A stretch of DNA of 64,000 bases from Mytilus californianus. Lineage: Eukaryota. The position numbers and the translations under genes were made by a program. Under the pieces are notes generated by a model. It searched no databases and had not been told where the DNA came from. It saw nothing but the letters and a program-made list of their open reading frames with translations. Each line of letters opens with the position of its first letter. Within the stretch, counting starts at the first letter, position 1. This document shows positions 24,906 through 38,539 of this stretch, in pieces. Location of the stretch: NCBI RefSeq assembly GCF_021869535.1, contig NW_026262679.1, positions 112,034,001-112,098,000 of the forward strand. Direction: 5' to 3'.

Positions 24906-26488
24906 CCGTAACATTTATCACCTTTAGGAACTCTTGGTTTAAATATTTGTTAAAGTATGTCTTTGAATTTAACATAATGTTGACAATGTTTTTTGTTAAA
25001 GTATGTCTTGAAGATATATAATACAACATAAGGTGATTTTCTCAAGGGAATTCTATGTTTTGCTGTTTTAAAATTAAAAACAATATCTACTATCCGCTAC
25101 AAATTTAACCACTGTATGTTCGTTTCTCATATTTTTTTTATCTAGAAAAGCCAATTGATTGTATTGAAACCTATTTTAACAGTGACCTGTGTATGACAAA
25201 AATATCTTGTTTACCAAAAAAGAAAGAACAATACAGTTTCATAGTAAGGTTCTAAAAATATAAATGTTTATTTGCAGTTTATATCGTTACGTTTTGATAT
25301 TGTAGCACTGATAAGATTTCCTATCAATATTTCTCGTCTAAAATGACTGTATTATTAATAAAGAAAAGTTAAAAGGATTTCAACAACACAATTATATATC
25401 ATATGACCTTCAGAGATGTATGGAAACTTGCACCGTTTACTTCTTTATAAATATGTCCGGGTTTTGACGATGGGAGACGATATAAGAAAAGTTAATACAT
25501 AAAAGTGTGGAAAAAGACAGTTATAAAAACTGAAACAATCAAATTACTTATATTGACAGGTTTCTTATACCAATAAAATGATTCGATTTCCAAATAAAGA
25601 GGTTGTTCATTTTATAAATAGTTAGAAAAAAAGTTATACAGCTTTACAAAAAAAAATGATTACATAATCTGACCTTCACATTAATAGATTTAATGAAGAA
25701 AGATAATATATGATCATTATTCTGACGTTACGATTTTCTTACTAATTCTTCGCAGAATTCCATTGTTATTTAAATGCTCTGTTGTCGGAATGAAAAAAAT
25801 ACTGCTATTTAATTTTCTGCAGTTTTATTTTTACACATTTTCAATTACCTCTACTTCATAGTTTTTAAATGATGAAATTAATGACATATTTTTTCTTTTA
25901 AGTTATTATATGAAAAATAACAAACAAATTTTTGGTATATATAAAGTTTGCTAAAAATGTGACTACATTTAGCTTAACAAGTTTAACAATTCTTACTAAA
26001 TTGAAGCGGTATATATCAAGGGGATATCCAAAATTCATGTCGAAGAAAAAACTTGTTACACCATGGCAAAACACGGGTTTAAATCAGGTGTAGCGGAAGG
26101 GTACACGTGGCACCCGTCCTATCGCTAATGCAAGCACAAATCGTGAGTTAAACTTGTGGTAGAGCGCATACACATCAACATTGGGATTAATATAATTCTA
26201 ACCTGAATATGATATAATTGAACGGACCATCAAAAACACTCAATTTATGCAAAACATCCAAAGAGTTTTTGATACTCCAAAAATAATCAGTTCCAGTATT
26301 TTCATATGCTTAATTACAAAAATTAACAAAAATTCTTTAATAGAATTAAGGAAACTAGTTAACAGCACAGAAAAATTAGTATAAGAACAATTACTAGAAG
26401 CTGAGATGAAATAAATTTGAACGTGTTTTTGTGTAGTTTAGGAAGCCAATACATAGTAAGAACTTTCAAATTTACAGAGGAGGCCTTA

Positions 26489-27590
26489 ATATAAAAATAA
26501 GAAGATGTGGTATAATTGCCAATGCGACAACTCTCCACTAAGGACCAAATGACATAGAAGTTAACAACTATATAAGATTGAGAATAGAAATGGGGAATGT
26601 GTCATAAAGACAACAAATCGACCAAGGAGCAGAAAACAGCCGAAGGCCACCAATGGGTCTTCAACACAGCGAGAAAATCCCGCACCCGGAGGTCACTATA
26701 CGGCTTTCAATATTGAACAAAATCCATACCGCATAGTCAGCAATAAAAGGCCCCGAATGACAAATATAAAACAATTCAAACAGGAAAACTAACGGCCTAA
26801 TTTCTGTTTAAACAATGAACGAAATACAAATATAATATAAAGCAACAAACGACAACCACTGAAATACAGGCTCCTGACTTGGGACAGGTACATACAGAAT
26901 GTGGCGAGGTGAAACATGTTAAGGTCAGTTGTGGTAGTGACATTATTATTTACTATTTGTCTCTCTGTGGAGCGTTAAATGTAGTTAAATGTATAATTTA
27001 ATTCTTAAGGACTTCCGTGTAGAACTTACGTCACACCGCCACCTCATTGTTGGCTGCTTTGTCAGCTGGTTCGAACACAAAACGCTTCGTGAGTGCATGA
27101 TGTGTTTAGTTATCCCTGAAATGGAAATATTAATAACTCTTTTATTTATTTTTTAAAATTATTTTCAAATTTAAAATGTGGATATCAACAATATTTAGGC
27201 ATTTATTTAAAAAGTAATCAAGTGACTTTGCATCAGTTTTCCCGTGTGCACTACATTTGTACAATAAGATTAAAGAGCATATTAAATGACCTGACGACAC
27301 TCTTTCCAATTTATTTTCAACGGTTAACGATATTTTGATCCTTTTTTCCAGAAAATATATAACCTCTCGGTCATAAAGAATGTTGAGGTCCCTTGTAATC
27401 ACATGGCCGTAGGGATAATATCTGAACTTCGATGTTTCACTTGTTGAGGGAGCATTATTTTCTATACTGACGTCTGATGTAACTGACGTATAATTAGATA
27501 TAAAACTTCTACTGTTTGTTTTTTTATACGTATAAAAAATGGTCTCTGAAATTGAAATCATCTCAATTCTTGTATTATATAGACATATCT
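26489..27590 (-). mobile_element. Naiad copy C: internally deleted derivative (linker and RT N-terminus fused to the 3' UTR)
   Basis: SNYTSVTSDVSIENNAPST..YYPYGHVITRDLNI (matches copy A), then PADKAANNEVAV*RKFYTEVLKN (27069-27001), then a jump near 26925 into the family-1 3' UTR. Confidence 0.85.
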
Positions 27591-27939
27591 TTTCATAGAC
27601 AATCGGCACTGCAACAGAAACCAAAAACGTTGTCTTGGTTTTTTTTTATTTGTATAAACCAAACTTCATGCAGGGTCATCTCAGGAAGAATGAAAAAAAG
27701 CTACTAATATGATTACTTCACGTTTTATACTGTAGAAAAGTCAATAAGTAATTAATTTGGAATAGTGTTGATTTCATTTATATCAATTGGACTGATAACA
27801 AAAAAATTCGGAGAAAGAAATATATATTTTTCTTACGGATCTTGACTTAGACACATAAATACACCTAGGAGAAGGTTAAAAGCTAAACTGTATGCCAAAA
27901 AAATGTCCTCAGTTTCTTTTTTAGTTCACCCCCGGTTTT

Positions 27940-30175
27940 TGGTGGGGTTCGTGCAATCTTTAGTTTTTGTGGGGTTCGTGTTTCTCTATCTTTAGTTTTG
28001 GTGGGGTTCGTGTTTTTCAATCTTTAGTTTTTTGTGGGGTTCGTGTTTCTCAATCTTTAGTTTTTGTTTGGTTTGTGTTTCTCAATCTTTAGTTTTGGTG
28101 GGGTTCGTATTTCTTAATCTTTAGTTTTTGTAGGGTTCGTGTTTCTCAATCTTTAGGTTTTTGTGGGGTTCGTGTTTCTCAATCTTTAGTTTTTGTGGGG
28201 TTCGTGTTTCTCAATCTTTAGTTTTTGTGGGGTTCGTGTTTCTCAATCTTTAGTTTTTGTGGGGTTTTTGTTTCTCAATCTTTAGTTTTTGTGTTGTTCG
28301 TGTTTCTCAATCTTTCGTTTTGGTGTTGTTCGTGTTTCTCAATCTTTAGTTTTGGTGGGGTTCGTATTTCTCAATCTTTAGTTTTTTGTGGGTTTCGTGT
28401 TTCTCAATCTTTAGTTTTGGTGGGGTTCGTGTTTTTCAATCTTTAGTTTTTTGTGGGGTTCGTGTTTCTCAATCTTTAGTTTTTGTTTGGTTTGTGTTTC
28501 TCAATCTTTAGTTTTGGTGGGGTTCGTATTTCTCAATCTTTAGTTTTTGTGGGGTTCGTGTTTCTCAATCTTTAGGTTTTTGTGGGGTTCGTGTTTCTCA
28601 ATCTTTAGTTTTTGTGGGGTTCGTGTTTCTCAATCTTTAGTTTTTGTGGGGTTTTTGTTTCTCAATCTTTAAATTTTGTGTTGTTCGTGTTTCTCAATCT
28701 TTCGTTTTGGTGTTGTTCGTGTTTCTCAATCTTTAGTTTTGGTGGGGTTCGTATTTCTCAATCTTTAGTTGTTGTGGGGTTCGTGTTTCTCAATCTTTAG
28801 TTTTGGTGGGGTTCGTGTTTTTCAATCTTTAGTTTTTTGTGGGGTTCGTGTTTCTCAATCTTTAGTTTTTGTGGGGTTCGTGTTTCTCAATCTTTAGTTT
28901 TTGTGGGGTTTTTGTTTCTCAATCTTTAGTTTTTGTGTTGTTCGTGTTTCTCAATCTTTCGTTTTGGTGTTGTTCGTGTTTCTCAATCTTTAGTTTTGGT
29001 GGGGTTCGTATTTCTCAATCTTTAGTTTTTGTGGGGTTTTTGTTTCTCAATCATTAGTTTTTGTGTTGTTCGTGTTTCTCAATCTTTCGTTTTGGTGTTG
29101 TTCGTGTTTCTCAATCTTTAGTTTTGGTGGGGTTCGTATTTCTCAATCTTTATTTTTTGTGGGGTTCGTGTTTCTCAATCTTTAGGTTTTTGTGTGGTTC
29201 GTGTTTCTCAATTTTAGTTTTTGTTGGGCTCGTGTTTCTCAATCTTTAATTTTTGTGGGGTTCGTGTTTCTCAATCTTTAGTTTTTGTGGGTGTCGTGTT
29301 TCTCAATTTTTAGTTTTCGATGTGGTATTTTGTTGATTTGTTTGTCTTTTCGTCGTTTTTCGATTATTGCCGTGGCGTCAATTTTTTTCGACTTACGAAT
29401 TTTGAATGTTGCCTCCATTTTTGAACTTTTCACTTTATTTGAAGCAACATTTCAATAGCACCTGCCTATGTTATTTATTTCTCTTTGTTGATTAGATCTC
29501 TTAGAACTTGTGTTTCCAATAAAGATATCATCGATAAAGGGCTGATGCTTAAAATTAGAGACATTGAACCAACAACACTTTTTATTTTTTATAAACTAAT
29601 AGAACTGCAATTAATACAGTATTAATTAGATAATCATAAAATTTTGAAAACAACTTAACAGTCAAATTTATTCCTTTTGCGTAGTAGCAATTATTTGTTT
29701 GGTTTGGGTTTCTCAATCTTTAGTTTTGGTGGGGTTCGTATTTCTCAATCTTTAGTTTTTATGGGGTTCGTGTTTCTCAATCTTTAGGTTTTTGTGGGGT
29801 ACGTGTTTCTCAATCTTTAGTTTTTGTGGGGTTCGTGTTTCTCAATCTTTAGTTTTTGTGGGGTTCGTGTTTCTCAATCTTTAGTTTTTTTGGGGTTTTT
29901 GTTTCTCAATCTTTAGTTTTTGTGTTGTTCGTGTTTCTCAATCTTTCGTTTTGGTGTTGTTCGTGTTTCTCAATCTTTAGTTTTGGTGGGGTTCGTATTT
30001 CTCAATCTTAAGTTTTTGTGGGGTTCGTGTTTCTCAATCTTTAGGTTTTTGTGGGGTTCGTATTTCTCAATTTTAGTTTTTGTGGGGCTCGTGTTTCTCA
30101 ATCTTTAATTTTTGTGGGGTTCGTGTTTCTCAATCCTTAGTTTTTGTGGGGGTCGTGTTTTTCAATTTTTAGTTT
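27940..30175 (+). repeat. 32-bp minisatellite, two arrays (about 27940-29316 and 29700-30175)
   Basis: Consensus GGGGTTCGTGTTTCTCAATCTTTAGTTTTTGT, about 43 plus about 15 units. The variant pattern repeats at a 419-bp period (e.g. 28022 vs 28441). Confidence 0.97.
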
Positions 30176-30558
30176 TCGATGTGGTATTTTGTTGATTTGT
30201 TTGTCTTTTCGTCGTTTTTCGATTATTGCCGTGGCGTCAATTTTTTTCGACTTACGAATTTTGAATGTTGCCTCCATTTTTGAACTTTTCACTTTATTTG
30301 AAGCAACATTTCAATAGCACCTGCCTATGTTATTTATTTCTCTTTGTTGATAAGATCTCTTAGAACTTGTGTTTCCAATAAAGATATCATCGATAAAGGG
30401 CTGATGCTTAAAACTAGAGACATTGAACCAACAACACTTTTTATTTTTTATAAACTAATAGAACTGCAATTAATACAGTATTAATTAGATAATCATAAAA
30501 TTTTGAAAACAACTTAACAGTCAAATTAATTCCTTTTGCGTAGTCGCAATTATTTGTT
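29311..30558. repeat. Tandem duplication with an 859-bp offset
   Basis: Non-satellite flank 29311-29699 recurs at 30170-30558 with about 5 substitutions. Confidence 0.95.
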
Positions 30559-31869
30559 CTGACGATATTTGCCTGTATTTATTACATAATATGCTGATAA
30601 AACATCTGTTGTGATTTCTTTAATTTGATGTTATTAACTGACAAAACATTGTTATGATAAGAAAAAATGAGTTGTTTTGTAAATAAGAAAGAGTTCTTGT
30701 AGGTTATTTGATAAAGGGGAAATGAGTTTTTGGTAAATGAAAACATATACTTTTAGGTTATTAAAGTTCGAATATTACCTGCCACATATGACAACGGATG
30801 TTACATCTGATATAACCTTATCCCTTTTTTTCTTTAACACCGCATCGAATATAACGTATTCCTTATCAAGTTACTTATGAGTAACTTACTGAGCAGAGGC
30901 GCTTTAAATGAAGAGCACATTATTGTAAACCGAGTGTTGGTGTTGCTGAAATATTTGATTAGTTTGGAGACTTTTGAAACAGTTATTTATCTTCTTTTGT
31001 TTTCGGTCGTACAGGACAGTACAAACTTAAGATTTTTTGAAATATCTATATCATCGGTAGAGATGTAGAGGCTACAGAAGTTTACTTATGTTCAAATCTC
31101 ACAAATCCATTAACTCGATATAAATCAAGGAAAACAACGTGGAACTGTAGGTGTGTAAAAAGGATTGGCAAATAGAAAGCTCGTCAGCCTTTGTCGACAA
31201 CCAAATCTAAAGGAAAGAAACCACGAGCAAATATCATCTATATTTTCAGATTGGGGATTGAGCGACATGCCAACAACCTATCTTTGACTGCCTAACACAC
31301 AAACATACTGCAACTTAGATTATCAACATTATATACCTAGTAAATTGTTTCATATATCTATTAATGCGTTGTCTTTAATACTTATCATATATCTTGAAAT
31401 GCATATATATCTTTTATTATTGTAATTTTACTTTCATTAACATTAAATCAAATAATACTCGAGACTGTTTATACTAACTTTTATCCAGGTTGATACATGT
31501 ATGTATATTTAAACCACGATTTTCGAATGACAAAGAAATATACTAAGTAGTCGGTAAAAAAAAAAGATGGGTGTGATTGCCAATGAGACAACTCTACAAC
31601 AGAGACAAAATGACCTAGAAGTCTACAACTATAGGTCAACATACGGCCATCAACAATGAGCAAAAACTCGTGTAAGATTTCTGGTAAGTATTTATATAAA
31701 AAGATTTCATATAAAATATTCCAGAAAAATTAATTTCATACACAAAAAAACCCACAAGAGATATAAGGCTGATAAATCTATGGTTTCGTCTACATAAGAC
31801 TTCTCAGATGTTGGTTCTTCAAAATTTTAAAAATCATCAGAATACTTGACTTGTTGATCAATAATATAT

Positions 31870-32345
31870 TTGTTGAGAGTAGGGGATTGACAAACACTCG
31901 GTATACAATATGTACTAATTGTCCAACCTTACTTGCCGACTTGTTTTGTGCTCATATGAAGCAGAATTCATAAAACCTTCTCAAAAACAAGACAAAAAAA
32001 CCTTTTGGAAAGATCTTTATTTTTACTTTGATGATGTCCTGTCTAGCAATAACTCACACTTCGTTGAGCGCTGGCATTTTGTATATCCTAGTGAACTTGA
32101 GATTAATGGTATTACCGAAACAAGGAGGTCTGCGTCATACCTTGATCTTTACCATATTAGACACAGATGGATGACTTCAAGCTAAAACCTATGACAAACG
32201 TAATAATTTCAACTTTCTTATTGTCAACCTCCGAGTCATTTCTCAGCAGTAGCATACTCCTTTCCAATCGTATGTGGTTAACACTATACGGACTTAATAG
32301 GCAAAAATACTGTTACGAGGAAGAACGAATGAAATCGACTCTGCA
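31870..32345 (+). pseudogene. Degenerate family-2 PLE RT fragment
   Basis: SYEAEFIK..YFDDVLSSNN..VYPSELEI..SASYLDL remnants with frameshifts. Confidence 0.75.
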
Positions 32346-34806
32346 AGTTTTACGGTCAACATCTCGAGTTTGTTGACTGATACGATATGCCTGATCTTAG
32401 CTCATTAACGACATGAATTCGCATTCTTAGAGAGAGTTTTAGAGAGTTGTCTCATTAGCAATCATACCACATATTCTTATTTTTATATTAGATCTTAACA
32501 CTAGTAAAAAATTTTTAGTTTTTATCGAACGTTTTTATCTTTACATCATCTGAAAAGTCTGAACAATAAATCATTAAGTCATGTTCAGTCTTTTGGTTAA
32601 CTGTCAGACTCATTACTGCTGATAATGGAGTTCATAGAAGTTCCCCAGTTTTTGTCTTCTCAATCCATTAATGACATTGTAAAAATATAAGTGAGACCTT
32701 TGTATTTTTGGTATGAATAAAAATGATATTCACCCAGTAAAAAAAATATCCATAATTATGAGTGCTTCTCTTTTGTCACACATGTTTTTCAGGAACAAGT
32801 ATATAGAATTTTGCCTTAATTGAAAGTGCTGTTAGTAGTTAAGGTTACGCCAGAAGAAAGTGTTGCTCTCAAGGATATCACAGATTTATATTATTGTTAT
32901 TTTTGTCTTTGTGATTTATTTGTAGATTTGTATGTCTAGTTTTAAGTTTCCATTTTTTGTCACGATCTCACCTTTTAACTTTCCGACAAATTATAAATAC
33001 CGTGCAATGATGCCTCGTATATTTGGATCATAATTCATGATTTATATGCTTATATTTATATTTTCATTTCTGATATTTTATTACAGTACAAGCCAGTTGC
33101 AAAACATGTCAACTAAGTTTCTATTTTTCATAAATAAGCCCTTCTTACAACATTATATCATATGATTGGACTTTAAGAGATATATTTGAAAAGTATATTA
33201 AACTAATTTGAAAAAAGATATTCGATACCATTATTATTAGTGTGTAATTTGAAGCCTCCCGAAGTTTATTTGAAATGATATTAAGAATTGTTTAAATTAG
33301 TCGGAAACCTTTTAGCTTTGTAATTTCGTTTTGACTAGCGTGAGGTAACAGCGGAACGGAAAGGAATGTTTTAATCAATTTGATAAAAATTTCGAACTCC
33401 TAGCACAATTTGAGATATGCTATTTCATTTTTCTCATTGAAATATCAGTCAACATCTGTTGTTTAAGTCATCGTCACTGAGTTTTTTTTATTTTGAAATT
33501 GATGTTTCTAGATTGATTGGTTGATTGATGGTCGCCTAACGTTATTTTCCGGTATTTCATCAGATGTTTTCTTGTAAGTACACCTTTAATCCTTTTGTCA
33601 TGTTTGTAAAGATTGTGATTCTCGTTTCAGAGCTCTCTACACGAAATCAAACGTTTCGAAGCGAAACACATATTAACAAAAGTGTTAGCATCAAAACAAG
33701 ATGGACCTTAACAAACATTTGAAACCATGTAAATTATTTTTTGCCTGAAATCTGTCTTGCCTCAACGTACATTTGTAAGTACAGTAACCCTGATGTATTA
33801 ACAAATCCTTTGTTAAAGGTATTATTTAAATACATGTAATCCTACAATTTTCTAATCCACGTAAGTTCCGCTATAATTTATATCTTTCTATCTGGGAAAT
33901 CCTTTTAAGCGTAACAAACAAAACGTATGTAAAACTATATATCCTTTTGTATTGATGCTTTCATTTTAATTCTATAATCTTTTACAGTATTTTAGCAGAT
34001 TTATTCCGTGCATGGTGATAGTTATCGCCATTAAGATGGTTATATGGGAATACGTGACGTCTGAATATACTTGATGACTTATGAGAACTTGATTTTATTG
34101 AATGTCATCTAGATAAAGTCCGACTTCTGATGATATCTTTATTATTTTTTTCTTCATTTGATTACAGTCTTTTCGAAAGAACAATGCATACTATCGCTGA
34201 TTGTGCAGTATACCGTTTTTTTTTATAAGAAATAATACTGTCTATAGATTATGATCCAATTTTGCTGTCGTCCACCGGAAATCAATCATCATCCGTATTT
34301 GCTTCTTATCTCTACGTTTTGTGTACTTGCTCCTTCTGACTATATCATTTTAGTATCTATAATTATTTAGTATATATAAGTCTATATGAAAACATTTTTC
34401 TATCTATTGACGTACATTCAATCTTTACATATATTTCTGTAATCTATATGAGAACAGCTGATCGTTTGTTGTATAAGCAGAACACCAACTTTATGTTGCT
34501 ATTGGCGATAGCTGAACGCAGTACCAAATAGACTAAAGTATTATATTCGTGGTAGAGAAAATAAAAAAAAACTTTTCATGTTAACTTGTATCACTTGAAG
34601 AAAAATTGCGTTTGTTTTATTGTTCTCTTATTAAAGTAGATGTGATATTTATTCGTTTTCATCTATTGTTGTATTTAAATACAAATAATATTTGATGAAT
34701 TTCGACTGTACAAAGTGCTGTTCTGTATAAGTCCTCTTGAAGAACATACATATTTACTAAGTACGTAGAAAAGCTAAGAAGAGCTAAATTACCTAAAAGG
34801 AACACG

Positions 34807-35957
34807 AAAAGCGAAGACAAATTCTGCATTGAGGACACAAAATTCCGAAAGGTTTTGCAAAATACAGCCCAAGGTAGTCAAATAATTAAAAAAATATAAA
34901 CTGATAAAAACACAAACACATACATTGTCCTAAAACAAACCTCCAAATCCGTGCTTTATTTGGCCTTTTACTTTTTTGATTCGAGCATCACCGATTCAGT
35001 GATGAGCTTTTGTAGAGAAAACTGGCGTACAAATTCTTAGAAAAGCGAAGACAAATTCATCTATGGTGAATTTACCGAGGGTTTTGAAACTTAGTTTCTG
35101 AATAGTTTCATAAATAGAATATTATAAATCTTGTCAGTACCCAGGTATGAATTACTGAGCATATGATACCTTCGTGGATTAACAATTCAATTGAATGCTA
35201 GTAAATGAAAATAACACTTGATCAATTTCGCACATTCGAAGCGTTTTTATGGATTTAGTTTCATCACGAACTCTCAACTTAAACATTTAATAGCCAGGCA
35301 GCTGAAGCCCGCCTCCGGGTGCGGAATTTTCTCGCTGTGTTGAAGACCCATTGGTGGCCTTGGGCTGTTTTCTGCTTTTTGGTCGGGTTGTTATCTCTTT
35401 GACACATTCCCCATTTCCATTCTCAATTTTATGTATAAATACATAGGAACAATCAGAGCCCAATGTACAAATGGGACATAAAACCATATCCAGATCTATA
35501 TATGAAAACAAAGAGATTATACTACAGGTGTTTGAAATATGAAAGGCTATTTTTAGTTAGAAAAAAAACCAACTTTATAATGTTCGAGAGTCCGGAGCAC
35601 ATTTCTGAATTTATCTTAATCAAGAACGCTCATACCCAAATATTCAAAATCCAATTACATATGTATGTATCAATAACCTATTACGTTATATGACCAAAAT
35701 GGACTTAAAAAAACTCGTAAATGATACCAGGCTTAAAATCTTGTACGCCAGTTTTCTCTACAAAAGCTCATCACTGAATTGGTGATGCTCGAATCAAAAA
35801 AGTAAAAAGGCCAAATAAAGTACGGATTTGTAGAGCATTGGGGACCCAAAATTCCGAAAGGTTTTGCAAAATACAGCCCAAGGTAGTCAAATAATTAAAA
35901 AAGTATAAACTGATAAAAACACAAACACATACATTGTCCTAAAACAAACCTCCAAAT
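34807..35957. repeat. Locally templated insertion: A-B ... B(rc)-A
   Basis: 34826-34948 matches 35835-35957 (direct). 34944-35032 is the reverse complement of 35741-35830. An 18-bp aaaagcgaagacaaattc flanks the insert at 34807-24 and 35041-58. Confidence 0.85.
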
Positions 35958-38539
35958 GAAAAGATGAAGCTCAGCAATTAAAGTCACTGTTTCTTAGACT
36001 AGTCAGCTCAGGTACTTGGTTGCATGTCTTGAAATGTTTAATGGCAAAAGCAAAAAACAAAAATTAACAAAAGATCACCCAAAACTGTGGGTGAAATCAT
36101 TACATGCAGAAGAAAACAATAGTTCTTGCAGCATATGTGGCACCCATCTTGTTGTCATGGCAAGTAAAACAGATTGTGATTAGTCGCTCTTTATGATATG
36201 GTAAAATTGAAATATGTATAAAATAAAATAAGATAAGCCTGCATCTTCAAATAACTAAATTGTAATCTGTTAATTTCTTCGTTCCTATCTGTGAAATCCT
36301 TTAAAAAATATATTTAAAAAAAAAAATAACGAACTCCAAGTAAAATAAAAAAGTCAAAAAAACCCTGACAACACGAAATGCTTGACTTTATCAATCAATG
36401 GAACAAATGGAAAACATTTGTCAAATTTCTAAGTTAGAAAATAACAAACCTTTTAAACGTAAATATCTGATACAACTATTGTATGCTTTCCCTTTATTTT
36501 TTAATGATCTTTTATAGTAAAGATTAAACTTATTTAATGCGTGCTTAGGGATAATTGTCTCCATTAAGTTGGCCATACGGGAATACGAGATGCATGAATA
36601 CACTTGACGGCTTTTCAGAAATTTGTTTTATTGAATGCAATCTCGTAAGATCCTGACTGCTGGTGAAATGTTTATTACTAATATTTACATTTATTTCTGT
36701 CTATTTGGAATGAACAATGCATATTTTCGCTGATAGTACGTATACAGTTTACAATATGTCTTCTTGATTAGAAATCTTGTCGCCTAATGATTATCGACGA
36801 GTTTTTCTGTCGTCCACTGTAACAAATCAGCATATATATATCTGTTATCTCTTCGATCGATATACTTTCTGACTATATCTTATTAATATTTTCATATATT
36901 GGTTGCACTTCTGTAAATATAGACAATGCAATTTCCCATAGGTACCTCTTTTATGACTAAAACTGTGCCACTTTGAAGTTTTAAAAAAAAATCATTTCCT
37001 GGAATGGAAAGTTCATAGGCACTACTACATTTTGCAAAGGTCAAAACATACGGTTCTGTGACATTTTTTCAACATTAATATGCCTTGAACTTCTTAGAGT
37101 TTAAACTTATACTAAAATTCGGTACAACGCGTCCCTTTACTTTGATTCTTCATGAAAAAAACAATTTGTCCGCTATCCAACAGTTTTTTGTTATAAGCTT
37201 TCCAAGTTGTGTCTCTAAGATATGAAACATGGAGATCATATCTAGGTTAGCAAACCTTAATATATATGACATTAAATATCTCTCTAAAAGAGATGTAGCT
37301 TGTGAATTAGCTATAGTTATAAAGTGCAACCTATACAATATACAATACAATACGTCTATTCCAGTTAAGGTACCATGGGGGGGGGGGAATTTACAGATAT
37401 ACAATCATCATTCAGATATATCGATGTGCACAAACACTACAATCAAAATATTCGATATAGAATATAGCGAGAAAATACAAAGCGTCCGTTTTATTTCTTG
37501 ATCTTCACATTGATATTGACCAACTAGAATCATTGACAAAGTTAAGGATTTCAACTTTCCAACTGTTAACTCTCCATTTCGACACTACATAAATTTTACC
37601 GGTCATTTTAGATACCAGTATAGTCGTCTGATCTTTATTGTAACCGATTGTGTACTTTTCCCGATTGTGACATTTTGACTCAGTGTGAGACGCTTATCCT
37701 GTCGACCCACCCGGACTTGCTCGTTTTTGGAGCTCATAATATTTCCTTCGTTTTTGTATGTTACTTGTCTCTTCCTAATCGATTTACGAGATTTGAAAAT
37801 TGGTTAACTACGTCGCCTTAATTTACGTTTTTAGTATAGAGGGTTGTATGGGTCAGCGTGACCGTAAGGAATGCAAAAATGTGGCTAGATCGATCGCTTA
37901 GTTTTCCAGACGCAAGAGATCCTCGCTAAAAAATTATACAGGTACGATTATCTTCTTGTCTAAACCAGTCATGCAAACCGCACCTATGATGAATAAAAGA
38001 GATGCTAGAGGACTACTTCTTAATATATTTCTGAAGAGAATACAATATGTCAAAAGGAAAAAAAACTCTTAAGAAAAAGAAATACAAGTTCGCAATAATT
38101 TTTTTTGATTTTAAGTAATTATGTACCTGGGGCTAGTTACCTGATAGTAAGTCAGCCGATTTTTCTTCATAAAAGCATGAAAGCATGAGTTCAAAACGCC
38201 AACTTTATGTGGCTTATGAAAAATACAATTTAACGGAAAAAAAAATACAACCGCTGGAAGAGAAAATGCAAATTCTTTTATATATCACTGGGAGAGTAAT
38301 TGCATCCTAGTTTATCCTGATATTGTCATAACTCGAAATGAGCCTAGATCAACTGACAGTCCTGTTTGAGACACGAATCTTGTTACAATCTTCACTGACA
38401 TTAAACTAATGAAAGAAACTAGAGATTAAGTTACATGAACCCCTTCAAAACCAAGGATTAATATAAACGCTTTTTCATTTATTTTTCAAGGATTTAATTT
38501 TACATTTAATGCGCATTGCATTCTACAAAAGTATTATTC

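Noticed and set aside
27940-29316. Regular array resembling a CRISPR
   Set aside because: Head-to-tail units with no unique spacers, in a eukaryotic context with no cas genes.
28225-30108. Six Cys/Phe/Val-rich ORFs (MWGSCFSIFSF...)
   Set aside because: They are translations of the 32-bp minisatellite, with no evidence of coding function.
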